Origin: Octopus sinensis
Taxonomy: Eukaryota
Direction of reading: 5' to 3'
Length of the DNA stretch: 64,000 nucleotides
Assembly (NCBI RefSeq): GCF_006345805.1
Contig: NC_043008.1
Location: 22,630,001 to 22,694,000 of the forward strand
Of the stretch, positions 52,181 through 64,000 are shown piece by piece; the stretch's first letter is position 1, and the number at the start of each line of letters is the position of its first letter. Position numbers and translations under genes: made by a program. The notes beneath the pieces were generated by a model. That model did not search any database, was not told the origin of the DNA, and was given only the letters and a program-made list of their open reading frames with translations.

Positions 52181-53040
52181 ATTCGGCAACAGCAAAAGTG
52201 GAAAGAGAAAAAGTTGGGCTCTTACAAGAATTTTCTGCAGAATTGCCGGACGATGAATATACTTGCAGACTGCATTCGATTTTGACTATCGAAGATAATA
52301 ATATTGCTGTGATTGATTTCAACAACAAGCGATTGAAATTGTTCAATCAGTCGGGTGGGTTTTTACACAGTGTTGAATTTGACCACCATCCTCGTCGCGC
52401 TTGTCTGACCCCCACCAAGGATATTATCGTCACCCTCAAGGGAATCAGTCAGCTCGCCATGATTCAATATATCGATCACCAATTACGTATAACCAATACA
52501 ATTCAGACTGACAAGGAATACATCGATATCGATGCTATCGACCACAAGAGGTTAGTCGCGAACATGTGCGGCTACATCGATGTTCTGAATTACGAAGGAA
52601 AAGTGTTAAACCGAATAAACCACTACATCGGTGAAGGAACAGAAGGTCTTCGTGTGAAATTTCCGTCGTCTCTTAGAACCAGGAATAATCTCCTTTATAC
52701 AACAGAAGTTCGCTACAACGGAGACAGGAGCCTCGGCTTGCAGTGTATGATTTGTTGTGACCTGTTTGGTAAGGCCATATTCGTATATAAAGGTCCGAAG
52801 GAGCCTCTGTTGTTTCCTTGCGGAGTCACCCTCGACAAGTATGGCAATATTTACATAGCTTGTCGAGTGACCAGCAGAATTTATAAAATAGAACCAAACG
52901 GTTCGATGGAAAGCTTGCTTTTGTCCAAGTCTGACGGATTATCTCAACCATGGTGCATGTGGGTCACTGAAAACATGAGGCTTATCTTTACTGAATACGA
53001 ATCCAGCATAATTCGAATGTTCCAGTTGCCTCCGAAATAA
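52174..53040 (+). CDS. Stand-alone NHL-repeat / six-bladed beta-propeller protein (288 aa), resembling the C-terminal domain of TRIM-NHL proteins
   Basis: Uninterrupted ORF, ATG in aaaATGG context; NHL-like blades IAVIDFNNKRLKLFNQSGGFL, FPCGVTLDKYGNIYIAC..SRIYKIEPNG and GLSQPWCMWV; non-repetitive and CpG-rich. Confidence 0.8.
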   Translation: MADSATAKVEREKVGLLQEFSAELPDDEYTCRLHSILTIEDNNIAVIDFNNKRLKLFNQSGGFLHSVEFDHHPRRACLTPTKDIIVTLKGISQLAMIQYIDHQLRITNTIQTDKEYIDIDAIDHKRLVANMCGYIDVLNYEGKVLNRINHYIGEGTEGLRVKFPSSLRTRNNLLYTTEVRYNGDRSLGLQCMICCDLFGKAIFVYKGPKEPLLFPCGVTLDKYGNIYIACRVTSRIYKIEPNGSMESLLLSKSDGLSQPWCMWVTENMRLIFTEYESSIIRMFQLPPK

Positions 53041-54033
53041 TTTTAACATTCAAATCGAAACCAACTTCGGTCAACCTCCACCAGATGTGCAAATTTTATT
53101 CTTTTTCTTTCTTCATACAAATACATTATTTCTTTCAATTATCTGATTTTAAAATTATCAAAATCTCAAAACTTTCAAAAACTATATATATATATATATA
53201 TTTGTAGAAATCCAATTTATATTTTCTTTAAACAAACATAACATATCAATATTTTTTTTTATTTTTACCTTATTAAAAAATAGTAACAAAATGATGAGGT
53301 AAGAGAATTTTGGATAATTTTTATTTTATTTTTTTCTCATTGCAAATGAATTTTAAAACGTTACATTTAATAGATTTAAAACAAGAAAAAAAAATGATAC
53401 AAAATATGATTTATATTTTACCAAAACTGGTAAAATAACTGATATATTGAAATATATCTTTTACCTTTTTTTTATATTTCTATATTAGCTTTTAAATTTG
53501 AAAAAAAAAACCAAAACAAGCAAATGATTTTTATTAAACTACTAAAATGTATTGAATTTTCTGAGTAATATATATCTTTTTCATTTTATATATTTTAATT
53601 TTATAAATATATGTTTCATAATAAAACTTCTGGAAGTCAGTAGGATTTATACCATTCCTTGGATTATGTTTTCGTTTTACTGATAAAACTTTCTGAAAAA
53701 CAAAAAAACAAAAACAAATTACATCATGAAGAAATTGATAGATCTCAGCAGTTTGGATTTTGCAGGGGGACACGCAAAATATTAAATTCCATTTACAAAT
53801 GACCCAAAAGTGTTTTTTTTTTTTTATTTCGAAGCCAAATATTTTGGGACTTATTGCGTTATTGGTTGACACCCCAAAGTTCATGATAAACACCAACCAC
53901 GCTGACATAACCAAAAAGCTTGGTTAACCCACATGTACCCTCCCCTCTTCTCAAACATCCCTTTTATTTATTTATTTTTTCTTTGAGTTACTAGACAACT
54001 GCTATACCGAGGAAACTCATTGAAGGGTTTAAT

Positions 54034-54201
54034 CCTGTGGTGCCCAACTTTTTCGTTACCAAGGACCCTTTTTTATTTAAATGAGTTTTCAAACGGATCC
54101 CTTTTAATATGCTTATCCTTATGTAAGTAGATACATATATATATATATATATGGAAGAGATTTTGAATTTAGTTCGCGGACCACAGGTTGGGAACCAATG
54201 G
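54034..54201. mobile_element. hAT-type MITE
   Basis: Ends c(c)tgtggtgcccaac and gttgggaaccaatgg resemble cagtggttcccaac hAT TIRs. Confidence 0.55.
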
Positions 54202-54559
54202 TTTAGTCGAACCTTTTCAAAGTTTGGTACTTACTCAATAGGTTATTTTTACCGAACCACTAAGTCACGGGGATGAAAATAAGCCAACACCGGTTTTCAA
54301 GCACTAGTGGCGTACATACACTACACAAAGACACACACCCCCACATATACGACGGGCTTCTTTCAGTTTCCATCTGTCAAATTCAGTCACAAGGCTTTGG
54401 TCGGCCTGGAACTATTGTAGAAGACACTTGCGTGAAGTACCGCGCTTTAGGACTGAACTCGAAACTACATGGTTGCAAAGCAAGCTTCTTAAGCATACAG
54501 CTACACCCGCGCCTCGAAGTAAATTAAAATGTTTTCGTCGTATTTCCAACAGCAAAGAC

Positions 54560-54715
54560 CGTCGCTACGTTCTGAGTTCAAATTCCGCCGAGGTCGACTT
54601 TGCCTTTCATCCTTTCGAGGTCGATAAATTAAGTGCCAATTACACACTGGGGTCGATGTAATCGACTAGTCCCCTTTTCCCCAAATTTCGGGCCTTGTGC
54701 CTATAAGTAGAAAAG
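54560..54715 (+). mobile_element. SINE family B, 5'-truncated variant
   Basis: Partial match. Confidence 0.7.
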
Positions 54716-55221
54716 TATTTGTTTTGCCTTAAGAGTCTTCATTATCGTTAAAGGAGAGTTTGGGAGAGAATAGACGATACTGTTGCAAACGACACCAAAG
54801 GCTCATTCTTTGGTGATAAACATTTTGAAGAACGGTCTGCCATATAATAGAAGAGCTTCTAATCCAAGCCATTCGACTTAGCTATACGCTTTCCATTCTC
54901 TGTTTGATGCCGCGAAAAATGTATGACCGACATATCTAATCGTTTGTCTCCCTCCTCTTAAATTCCAAGGTCTTCTAGAGAACAAGGAAACTTCTCCAGT
55001 CTGTTACTCAACCAGGCAATAACTATAGAAATGTTCCCCGCTACGGACTTTAGTTCCCTGATAACTTTTCTTAAAAATGCTTACTTTTTGAAGAAATGTT
55101 TCCGAGATACATTTTAGATGGTGGATTAGTTATGTGTGGGGGGAGTTTTTTGCTTTTTTTATGAGTTTCGAATAATTCTTCCCGTTCCAGGTTTTGTTAC
55201 AACATAACTTTCTGAGGAATA

Positions 55222-55614
55222 TACTCTTTTACTTGTTTCAGTCATTTGACTGCGGCCATGCTGGAGCACCGCCTTTAATCGAGCAACTCGACCCCGGGAC
55301 TTATTCTTTTGTAAGCCCAGTACTTATTCTATCAGTCTCTTTTGCCAAACCGCTAAGTGACGGGGACATAAACACACCAGCATCGGTTGTCAAGCAATGC
55401 TAGGGGGACAAACACACACACACACATACATACATATATATATATATATACGACAGGCTTCTTTCAGTTTCCGTCTACCAAATCCACTCACAAGGCATTG
55501 GTCGGCCCGGGGCTATAGTAGAAGACACTTGCCCAAGATGCCACGCAGTGGGACTGAACCCTGAACCATGTGGTCGGTAAACAAGCTACTTACCACACAG
55601 CCACTCCTACGCCT
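55222..55614 (-). mobile_element. SINE family A
   Basis: Full-length match. Confidence 0.85.
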
Positions 55615-55965
55615 TTTTTTTTTTTTTTTTTTTTTTTTATATTCATAGGAAGTTGTTTTACACCTATTACACACATTTTTTTTTTGATTTTCTGATATTT
55701 GTTACGCCCTATATTAACCGATATTTTCTAGAGTGTAGAGTAACGATTATTTTGATAAAATTAAAAAACAAAAATAGTGATGTACACCACCGAAAACGTA
55801 TCTCTAGAAAATTTCAGTGAGAAATAAGCATTAAGAAAGCTACGTGAAACTGAAGTCGGGTAGATTGACAACCATTCCTATAGTTATGCCAAGAATCAGG
55901 ATACGTTTAGATATTTTCCGAGATTATCCGTGAAAGAACGTAATGAACACCGATGCAATACCATC

Positions 55966-56228
55966 GGTCAATATAAAGGTCTTGGCATTCTTTCGATATA
56001 ACTCGACAAAATCAAAACACTTCAATTCGGGTTTTATTCCGTGGAAGCAAATGACAGTTCGATTCTGTTTTCTGCTTGGAAATTTGCGGATTTTTTTTAC
56101 ATACACACCTGAAACAGGTAAGAACAAATTGTTATATTTGTACTCCACAACCCACGGAAATACCCGAAGTGAAACATCTCGACCTTGTCGAGCTATATCG
56201 AAGGAATGCCAAGATCTTTATATTGACC
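55966..56228. repeat. Imperfect inverted repeat with ~78-bp arms
   Basis: ggtcaatataaaggtcttggcattctttcgatataactcgacaa is mirrored at 56186-56228. Confidence 0.6.
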
Positions 56229-56867
56229 ATACCATCTAACCTAGGCCTGCTCGAACAAGGTCAGCCTGCTGTTAGACATCGTACTGGGTCTCTCTGTCTC
56301 GTAAGAATAAACTCATGACAGAGAGGCGACTTGTCATAAATCTTTTATTGTTTTCTTGTTTCAGTTATTGGACTGCGGCCATGCCGGAGCACCACCTTGA
56401 TGGGTTTGGTCCGAATAAATCGAGTCCCGTTAATTTAATTTTTTTTTAAAGCGTTGTATTTATTTTATCGATTACTTTTGCGAACTGCTATGTTACGGAG
56501 ACGTAAACAAACCAACGCCAGTTGTCAAGCTGTGGTGGTGAGTGTGGGAACAAACACACGACGGTCTTTCAGATTCTGTCTACGAAATCCATTCACAAGG
56601 CTTTGGGATTGAACCCAGAACCATTATTGTTGGGAAGCAAACTTCTTGCCATACAGCCACGCCCATTTCACTAAGTGGTGGGTGGGGGAGAGAGAGAAAA
56701 GGCTGAAAATGGACGTTGGTAAAAATTTGGGGGATAATGCAGTTTCGCGCCTCTCCTTGAAAAATGCATTCTTTTCGAACATAATTTTTCGGTTCCACAC
56801 GTTTTAGGTGACGGAGATTACGAATATGCAAAAAACAACAAAAAAAATTTAATCCCTCCACCCCCGG

Positions 56868-57051
56868 TACTATTTAAGAAGAGTGGTCCCGGTGCACGTA
56901 CTCGCGCATCCGCGCTAGCTAGTCGTGACTAATCGATCCTTACTTTGCATTTTATTTACTTTGCTAGGTAGTCGTTGTAGGATCGATTAGTCACGACTAG
57001 CTAGCGCGGATACGCGAGTGTGCGCACCGGGACCAATCTTCTTAAATAGTA
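56868..57051. repeat. 184-bp GC/CpG-rich hairpin with 73-bp arms and a 38-nt loop
   Basis: 56868-56940 versus 56979-57051 differ at 5 positions; TA at both outer edges. Confidence 0.8.
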
Positions 57052-57892
57052 TCTCCACCCCCCTCCCCCTTAAAATTAAAAAAAAAATTTTTCGGAATCG
57101 TACTTTTAGATAGAGATAACGAGTATGTAAAAAAAAAAATTTTACCCACCCTCATTAAAATTTTTGATTTTGTTTTCTTTAAAGATACCGTAGCGAATTG
57201 ACGAACACATGCAAATTGAAATTAAATAAATACAAAAACCTTAAAGTGAAAAGAATTTGTGTTTTACTCGTGTTTGGGCTTCTATCTGTCTATTTATCCC
57301 TGTCAGTTTATTCATAAAATATATTTGTCTACTAAATGTGGCGGTCCTACAGATGACGGTGTTACTGTTGTTTTTAGCCCCAGGAAGACATTCACATCTA
57401 TCTGTCTCTTTATACACATTTTTCTTTTTTTGCATATCTCTGACATCTAAAATAGGCGGGGGTAAAGATCATGGACCGCGCCCACTTTGGGATTTTTTTT
57501 TTTTTTTACAGGGCGGAGATTCCGAATCTGCAAAAAAAAAAATATGCATTTCAAAATTTTAATTCTCATCCCCCGCTACCTCGATTGCGAAGATTCCGAA
57601 TCTGCATAAAAATCGGTATTTCAAAATTTAACCCCCCACCCCCAATTTTTCACTTTTTTTAAGAAATGTTTTTGGGGAAATACGTAGAAAAATACGGAGA
57701 TTATGATTCTGAGAAAAAAATTATGTAAAATTTCAATTTTTCAAAACTAAATAAATAAATAAATAAACCCCAATGGAAATTTTTGGAAGCTGGGGGAAGG
57801 GATTAAGTTAGATTTTTTTTTGTTTTTGTTAAAATTTATCTGCAATGAATTGGTTATACTGCTACGATACACAAAATATTTTAATTCTTTTT

Positions 57893-58238
57893 AGTGGCTG
57901 TGTGGTAAGTAGCTTGCTTACCAGCCACATGGTTCCGGGTTCAATCCCACTGCCTGGCACCCTGGGCAAGTGTCTTCTACTATAGCCTCGAGCCGACCGA
58001 AACCTTGTGAGTGGATTTGGTAGACGGAAACTGAAAGAAGCCCGTCGTATATATGTATATATCTGTCTGTGTTTGTCCCCTACCATCGCTTGAGAACCGA
58101 TGCTGGTGTGTTTACGTCCCTGTCACTTAGCGGTTCGGCAAAAAGAGACCGATAGAATAAGTACTAGGCTTACAAGGAATAAGTCCTGGGGTCGATTTGC
58201 TCGACTAAAAGGAATGCTCCAGCATGGTCGCAATCAAA
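57893..58238 (+). mobile_element. SINE family A
   Basis: Near full-length match. Confidence 0.85.
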
Positions 58239-58623
58239 TAAAAGCATAAATCTTAATATTTATTTATAAAAAAAAATATAACGCGATTTTTTTCTAAACA
58301 TTGAATGGTTATAAGAGTGCACTCGAATAAATTAAGAACCAAAGGGGTTCCATAACCATCACCACCCTCCCCAAAGAGAACAAGCAAATGGTGAGAATCA
58401 CTGGTTTGGAACGTCACCTGTTTGGTATAAATCCAGAAACGGGCCGCAACCCCGATTTTCTTTATTACAGCATATTTTTCAATAAAATTTTCGAGGATCA
58501 TTTTAAACGATTTAGATTACGGTGGTGTTCTGCTTTAGGCACAACATATTAACAATCCTCGTAACACTTTTATTACGATTATGTGTTTATGGCGATGGGT
58601 GGTGGATGGTTTCTATTTCCCTA

Positions 58624-59011
58624 TACTCTTATACTTGTTTTAGTCAATTGACTGCGGCCATGCTGGAGCACCGCCTTTAGACGAGCAAATCGACCCCGGG
58701 ACTTATTCTTTGTAAGCCCAGTTCTTATTCTATCGGTCTCTTTTGCCGAACCGTTAAGTGACGGGGACGTAAACACACCAGCATCGGTTGTCAAGCAATG
58801 CTAGGGGGACAAACACGTACACACACACACACATATATATATATATACGACGGGCTTCTTTCAGTTTCCGTCTACCAAATCCACTCACAAGGCTTTGGTC
58901 GGCCCGGGGCTATAGTAGAAGACACTTGCCCAAGATGCCACGCAGTGGGACTGAACCCGGAACCATGTGGTTGGTTAGCAAGCTACTTACCACACAGCCA
59001 CTCCTGCGCCT
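58624..59011 (-). mobile_element. SINE family A
   Basis: Full-length match. Confidence 0.85.
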
Positions 59012-59419
59012 ATGCACATTTTTAAATGACATTTTCGACAAATACGTTTTTCAGTGATCAAGATTACGGTAAATAAAAACGTGCTCATGCGTGAAATTGT
59101 AGCTCAACTTTTTCAATTTTTTATTAGGTTTGTAATGTCCACACCCTAAAAACCTTGATTTAAGACAGTTTTTTTTTTTTTCGATGGAAGTTACATGGTT
59201 TGCTTCGATCCAGAATCCATAATAAGTCTTGTGCATGCAGGAATTTTTTTAAAAACTTATCATTATATTCACTCGGGCCATTCGCACTACATTCACCTAG
59301 CTTTCAACAAAACTGCTGAAATGCAGTACTTCTCTCTCCACCCTTACTTTCCTTTAGAAGTGACATCTAAAAATGTTGAATAGGGCTTAGCTGAAGAGCC
59401 AGGTGTCTGTCCTCAAACC

Positions 59420-61850
59420 TTTCAGTCGCACCCATCACACAACCTCTTTCACTACGATCACCAGGCGGCGAGGTCATCTTGACCAGGGACTCAGTCAATA
59501 GCCGGATCCGTCCTACACGCGACAGATGTTCAACATAAACCTACAAGACAGCAATGCTTGGGTCCCGGAGGGATGCGAGCAGAACAGGTTCGTCGTTCTG
59601 CGCGCATCTCAGGCAGGCCCGACTGATTGCACTTCCGAGCCTCCTGAGTTTAATGCCCCCTCCCCGGTAGCACTACCAAACCGAGGATTTCTGGAAACTG
59701 TTCATAGGCCTTGGTCTAAAAGTCCTTCGGAACAGTCAAGCCAGTTGATTCTCGTTGACGCCCAGGCTCCCCCGAGAACAGAAAGTCTCCGCACTTGCCC
59801 GTCTGAGTAAAGCTTCCGCCGATTGACAGAGAACTGTGTATGACAACACTCCAGGTGCCAGGCGCTCTACCGCAGTCTACGTTTGATCCTAAACTGCAGC
59901 TCAGTCAAAGTGGAAAATCTTGTCTAACAAACGTCGACTACACCTGCTCACCGTCAAGTAAGCCCTGGAGATATAGCCTCAGCACACGTCTGCGCATCAG
60001 CAGCCGTGGGATACCCAGCCCTCTATTCAGCGGGTGTTGACAGCAAATGGAGCGCCTGACCAGTGGAACGAGTCCCTTCCACAGAAAGCAGAAGGGTACG
60101 CTCTCCAGTTTGGCCAGATGCAAACTAGAACAAAGCACAACGACTAAGCGGTAATATAAAACGGAGGCGATGTAAGCATTCGCCACTTCTGGCCGACTTT
60201 TCAAAGATACCTTCTCTCGACCCATTTCTGGGTGAAATTGGCTACCCTGCTAATCACCTCACCCTTGTCCTCCACCTGGAGATCCGGATCAAAACAGACC
60301 CCGAGCAATTTAACCGGCCCCCTCGTCTAGTGTCTCAGGACGTTATTGAACCGGATAGACTTGCCACTCCAGGTGCCGAGCTGCAGGCCCATTGACATTC
60401 ATTTTTGCTCCTGTCACCACCTCGTATTCTTTTGGAGCAGAGCCGACCAAGTCTATGTGTCTGGTGTTCGATACAATGACGTCGTCTACGTATACCGACA
60501 CGGTTCTCCCACGTCCTAGTTCTTGCAGGATGCCTCTCAACGCTTCTCATTTCCGCAGTAGTGGCTCTGGGACCAGTACATACAGAAGAGACTAAAGCGG
60601 ACACTCAAGACTGTCCGAGCATATCTTGCTGAATGGTTCCGATAGGTAACCATTCACCCGAACTACCGAGGATATATCGTCGTACACTGCAGCGATCCAG
60701 CCACTGAAAACGGGACCAAAACCGGCCGCCAAGTACTGGTGATCGACCCTATCGAAGGTTTTGATCAGAGCCCCAATTATGTCAGCTTTTTTTTTACCCA
60801 TTATGTCTATAATATATCGCATGAAGTGGAAGGATCTGCTTGAGATGGTGAATGTGAGCGCATCGACAATCAATTCCGCAACAACAAGCGCCAACCTTTT
60901 TGCTAACACCTTGGTCAAAATTTTGAAATCTGCGTTTAGCAGAGTAATGGACCGAAAATTTTCTATTTGATACCCTTTGTTTGGGTCCTTTCTTAGCAGT
61001 TCCACTGCCTCTCGATTCACAGAACTAGGAATATTCCTGTAGCGTAGTTGATATCAAACAGTGAGGATATCAGCTACGCTACACTCCCGTTCTGTTACTA
61101 GATGTAGTAGATTCCTGTCAAGATGTCTCCGAACAAGTCTGGCATGTAAAAGTGAAGCTCATAGGGCAGACCGTCCAAACCAAGCCGTTTACCCCCTCCT
61201 CCACCGTGCAGCCCGTCATCACCTCCCGTATTTCCTCGGTTGTTATCGGCCTTTCGCAGTGGTCTGTGTAGCCAAATTTTGAAAAGTGGTCAACTTATCC
61301 TATCTTTATCTACTAGCTTACAGAATACCCTGTCTAAATACGACCTGGATAACCCGATGCGATTCGTCCACGTCCACAGTGGCACATCCGGAAAACCAGT
61401 CGGTACCTGTCAGACAGTTGGAAATGTATGAGCAAATTTGTGAGGCTTTTGCCACGTCCTCTTCTATTCGCTAGCTCCACACAGTCTAAGCGTGGCTCTA
61501 AGACGGTGTTTCAGTCGCCCATTAACACTAAAGGTCCAGAGTTCCCAGGAAAACCTCCAGACGTTTGAACACCCGTCACTACCGTTCACATCCAGGACCA
61601 CCGTCTTGGGTGTCCATTCTCGTCTCTTCTGTATGTACTGGCCCTAGAGCCACCACTGCGGAAATGGGAAGCGTTGAGAGTCATCCTGCACGAACTAGGT
61701 TCAAGAAGATGGCCTTTGTCTTGAGATTCAAACGTTTCCGGAACAACACCGCAGTTCCACCCCTATTCTCGGCTGACACGGAGATTAGTATATCTCGTAT
61801 CCACTGAAAATGGGTATGAAAGCTCGTTGATCGGAGAATCTGGTTTCATT
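59420..61850 (-). mobile_element. L1/Tx1-clade LINE ORF2 relic (APE endonuclease plus RT)
   Basis: GGTAVLFRK and LMGD*NTVL (APE); ENFRSITLLNADFKILTKVLAKRL, TFDRVDHQYL and SVYVDDV (RT). Confidence 0.8.
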
Positions 61851-62106
61851 TATGGCTACAACATCTACACTTAGCGGGTTGAGTTCGTTAAGTAGGTCAC
61901 CTTGTTTCCAAGGCGACCCCAGGCCATATGCATTTATATTGCTTATTCTGAGTAAGATCATGTTAGATTAAGGAATAAAAGCGGAAAGAGCTACTTACAC
62001 TGATTTTGTTGGGGAAGTGGAGGTGAAAGTCCCGTCCCTAGAGTTATATGTGGGTCTTTCTATGAGCAGTTCTTTATACACACTTTTGTTGATATTTCTC
62101 CTGGAA

Positions 62107-62490
62107 AAGGTGGCGAGCTGGCAGAAACGTTAGCACTCCGGGCGAAATGCTTAGCGGTATTTCGTCTGCCGTTACGTTGTGAGTTCAAATTCCGCCGAGG
62201 TCGACTTTGCCTTTCATCCTGTCGGGGTCGATAAATTAAGTACCAGTTACGCACTGGGGTCGATATAATCGACTTAATCCGTTTGTCCCCTCTGTGTTTG
62301 GCCCCTTGTGAGTAGTAAAGAAATGGCTATTTCGTCTGTCTTTACGTTCTGATTTCAAATTCCGCTGAGGTCGACTTTGTCTTTCATCCTTTCGGGGTCG
62401 ATAAATTAAGTGTCAGTTGCGTTCTGGGGTCGACCTGATCGACTGGCCTCCCATCCCCAAAATTTCGGGCTTTGTGCCTAGAGTAGAAAA
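62107..62490 (+). mobile_element. SINE family B dimer
   Basis: Full copy followed by a 5'-truncated copy, the same layout as 3048-3463. Confidence 0.8.
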
Positions 62491-62859
62491 GATATTTCTC
62501 CTGAAAGTCCCTTCTCCGTCAGAATATTTAGTCTTTTTATGGTGCTGTATGTGTTTTTTGTCGTTAGGTTGAATTTTACGTGTGTCAGTGATTTGTTTGT
62601 TGGTGTGATGAAATCGCTATGCGTGATATCTGTTTGGTTGTATACGTGTTTTGTTAGTTCTGTATTGTTCGTAATTATTACGGTTTAGTTAATGATGTCT
62701 AAATTTTGATGGTCTGGGAATGTGTGATGTAAATGTTGTGTGAGTGTAAATTTTGTACACAAATTTTGGATGGAATTGGAAGCCACCAATGAGAATGTTT
62801 CAATTGTATCACAGAGAAAAAGAAAAAAACATTCTAAAAGTTCCGAAATTCTGAAGTTA

Positions 62860-63760
62860 TCGCAATTCATCCGATAGAGTCGAAACATTATCGTTGATAA
62901 TAGCGGAAAATTAATGCGGGTCATTACCAAAGAACTTCAGGAATTGGAATGAACTGTTAGAACTGTGGTGCACGAGGACATTCGATACGAGTCGTATGTC
63001 GTGAGGAGGGGCCGATTCATGTCTGCAAAGACATCGGAAAACCGTTGGATCCGTGTCAAGCGGTTACATAACAAGATTAAAACTTCTCGTGGGCGTAATA
63101 TGCCTTGGTTCTTCTCTGATTAGATAGAATTCGGCCAAGTCCAAAAGTCTAACAGAAGAAATGGCAGATGCTTATGTGCAGACCCTTATGCTGTCCGCAG
63201 AATGATGCACCCTAAGTTTCCAGCAACTGCGATGGTTTTGGAAGTGGTGAGTAACAAAGGTCGTGTCATGCCACCTCACATCTTTCCTCGGAGCAGTAGA
63301 ATTAATGCTACCGGATACGTTAAATTACTGGAAACAGTGAAAGACCATACGAGATCCAACAAGACTCAATGCCTTCTCAAACGGTCTTCATAATCCAAGA
63401 ATGAATGCAAGTCAATCATTGACCAATTAACTCCAAACTTGCCAGATTTAAATCCCATCGACTACAACGTTTAGAATGTTGTTGAAAGAGAGACTAATCA
63501 ACATCCTTACAATACGATAGCGCCATTAATGGCTGCCATTTTCCAGGTAATCTTTGAAATTAATACGCACCATTGTGGTGTCATGTCAATGATTCCGGTC
63601 CCGCATTGAAGCAGTCTTCGAAGCCGAAGGTGGATTTAGAGAATAATCTTATAAGAAGGCTTATCGAGAGGATGTACACAAAATGTTACTAAAACATGTT
63701 TGGTTCTTGCTAGTTGTTAAATTTCCAAAAGTATCCTCGAATATCCTTCGCACCCTGTAT
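62860..63760 (+). mobile_element. Tc1/mariner maT-like relic
   Basis: WFFSD, KFPATAMVLEVVSNKGRVMPPHIF and PNLPDLNPIDY; right TIR end caccctgta at 63751-63759. Confidence 0.75.
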
Positions 63761-64000
63761 ATACAATGGACTACGCTACGAAATGTATCCGTCCATTTCG
63801 AGAAGGTGGTTGAATTTAATTTGAGGGAGATATGACTGCCGTTTTTAGCAGGTCCAGCTACTGCGAAGTGCAATAGTTCCCTTGCTATTCGTAAGACCCG
63901 CAGAAGAGAAAGCAGGTCAACCCCCGACACCGAGAGCATCGACGGATGGATGAATGCGCATCCAGGCTCAGCGGTTGCGTAGGAAGTCAGGGACAAGAAA

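Noticed and set aside
56110-56125. Perfect donor-like CAG|GTAAGA
   Set aside because: There is no upstream acceptor or coding frame, and it lies within an inverted-repeat element.
59390-59435. CTGAAGA-gccag gtgt ctgtc-ctcAAAC possible hammerhead
   Set aside because: It lacks G12 in register and has no stem I.
63661-63996. ORF containing LLSLLRVLRIAR, reminiscent of a voltage-sensor S4 segment
   Set aside because: The ORF runs into a maT TIR, has no flanking channel motifs or clear splice sites, and the match is short; the window edge limits judgement.

Overview
Animal genomic DNA, AT-rich and dominated by repeats. The SINE families, microsatellite load and LINE spectrum look like an octopus (coleoid cephalopod) genome; this is inferred from repeat content and not confirmed. 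One intact protein-coding gene is visible: a single 288-codon ORF (52174-53040, +) for a stand-alone NHL-type six-bladed beta-propeller, with a compact CRE/YY1-type promoter. The rest is mostly decayed mobile DNA: about 20 copies of tRNA-SINE family A, about 10 of family B, a VNTR-carrying SINE-like family E, RTE, CR1, R4/Dong and L1/Tx1 LINE fragments, mariner and DD37D (maT) relics, a small Helitron and a split Penelope-like (PLE) RT. The main unexplained signal is a set of at least 8 unrelated short elements that each carry a minimal type-I hammerhead-ribozyme motif (CTGANGA-stem II-GAAAC-palindromic loop-GTA). Four lie in head-to-head palindromes of 280-460 bp, and most cluster at 21.1-25.6 kb. 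Most ORF-track entries are microsatellite artefacts. Repeat boundaries were read by eye and are approximate.
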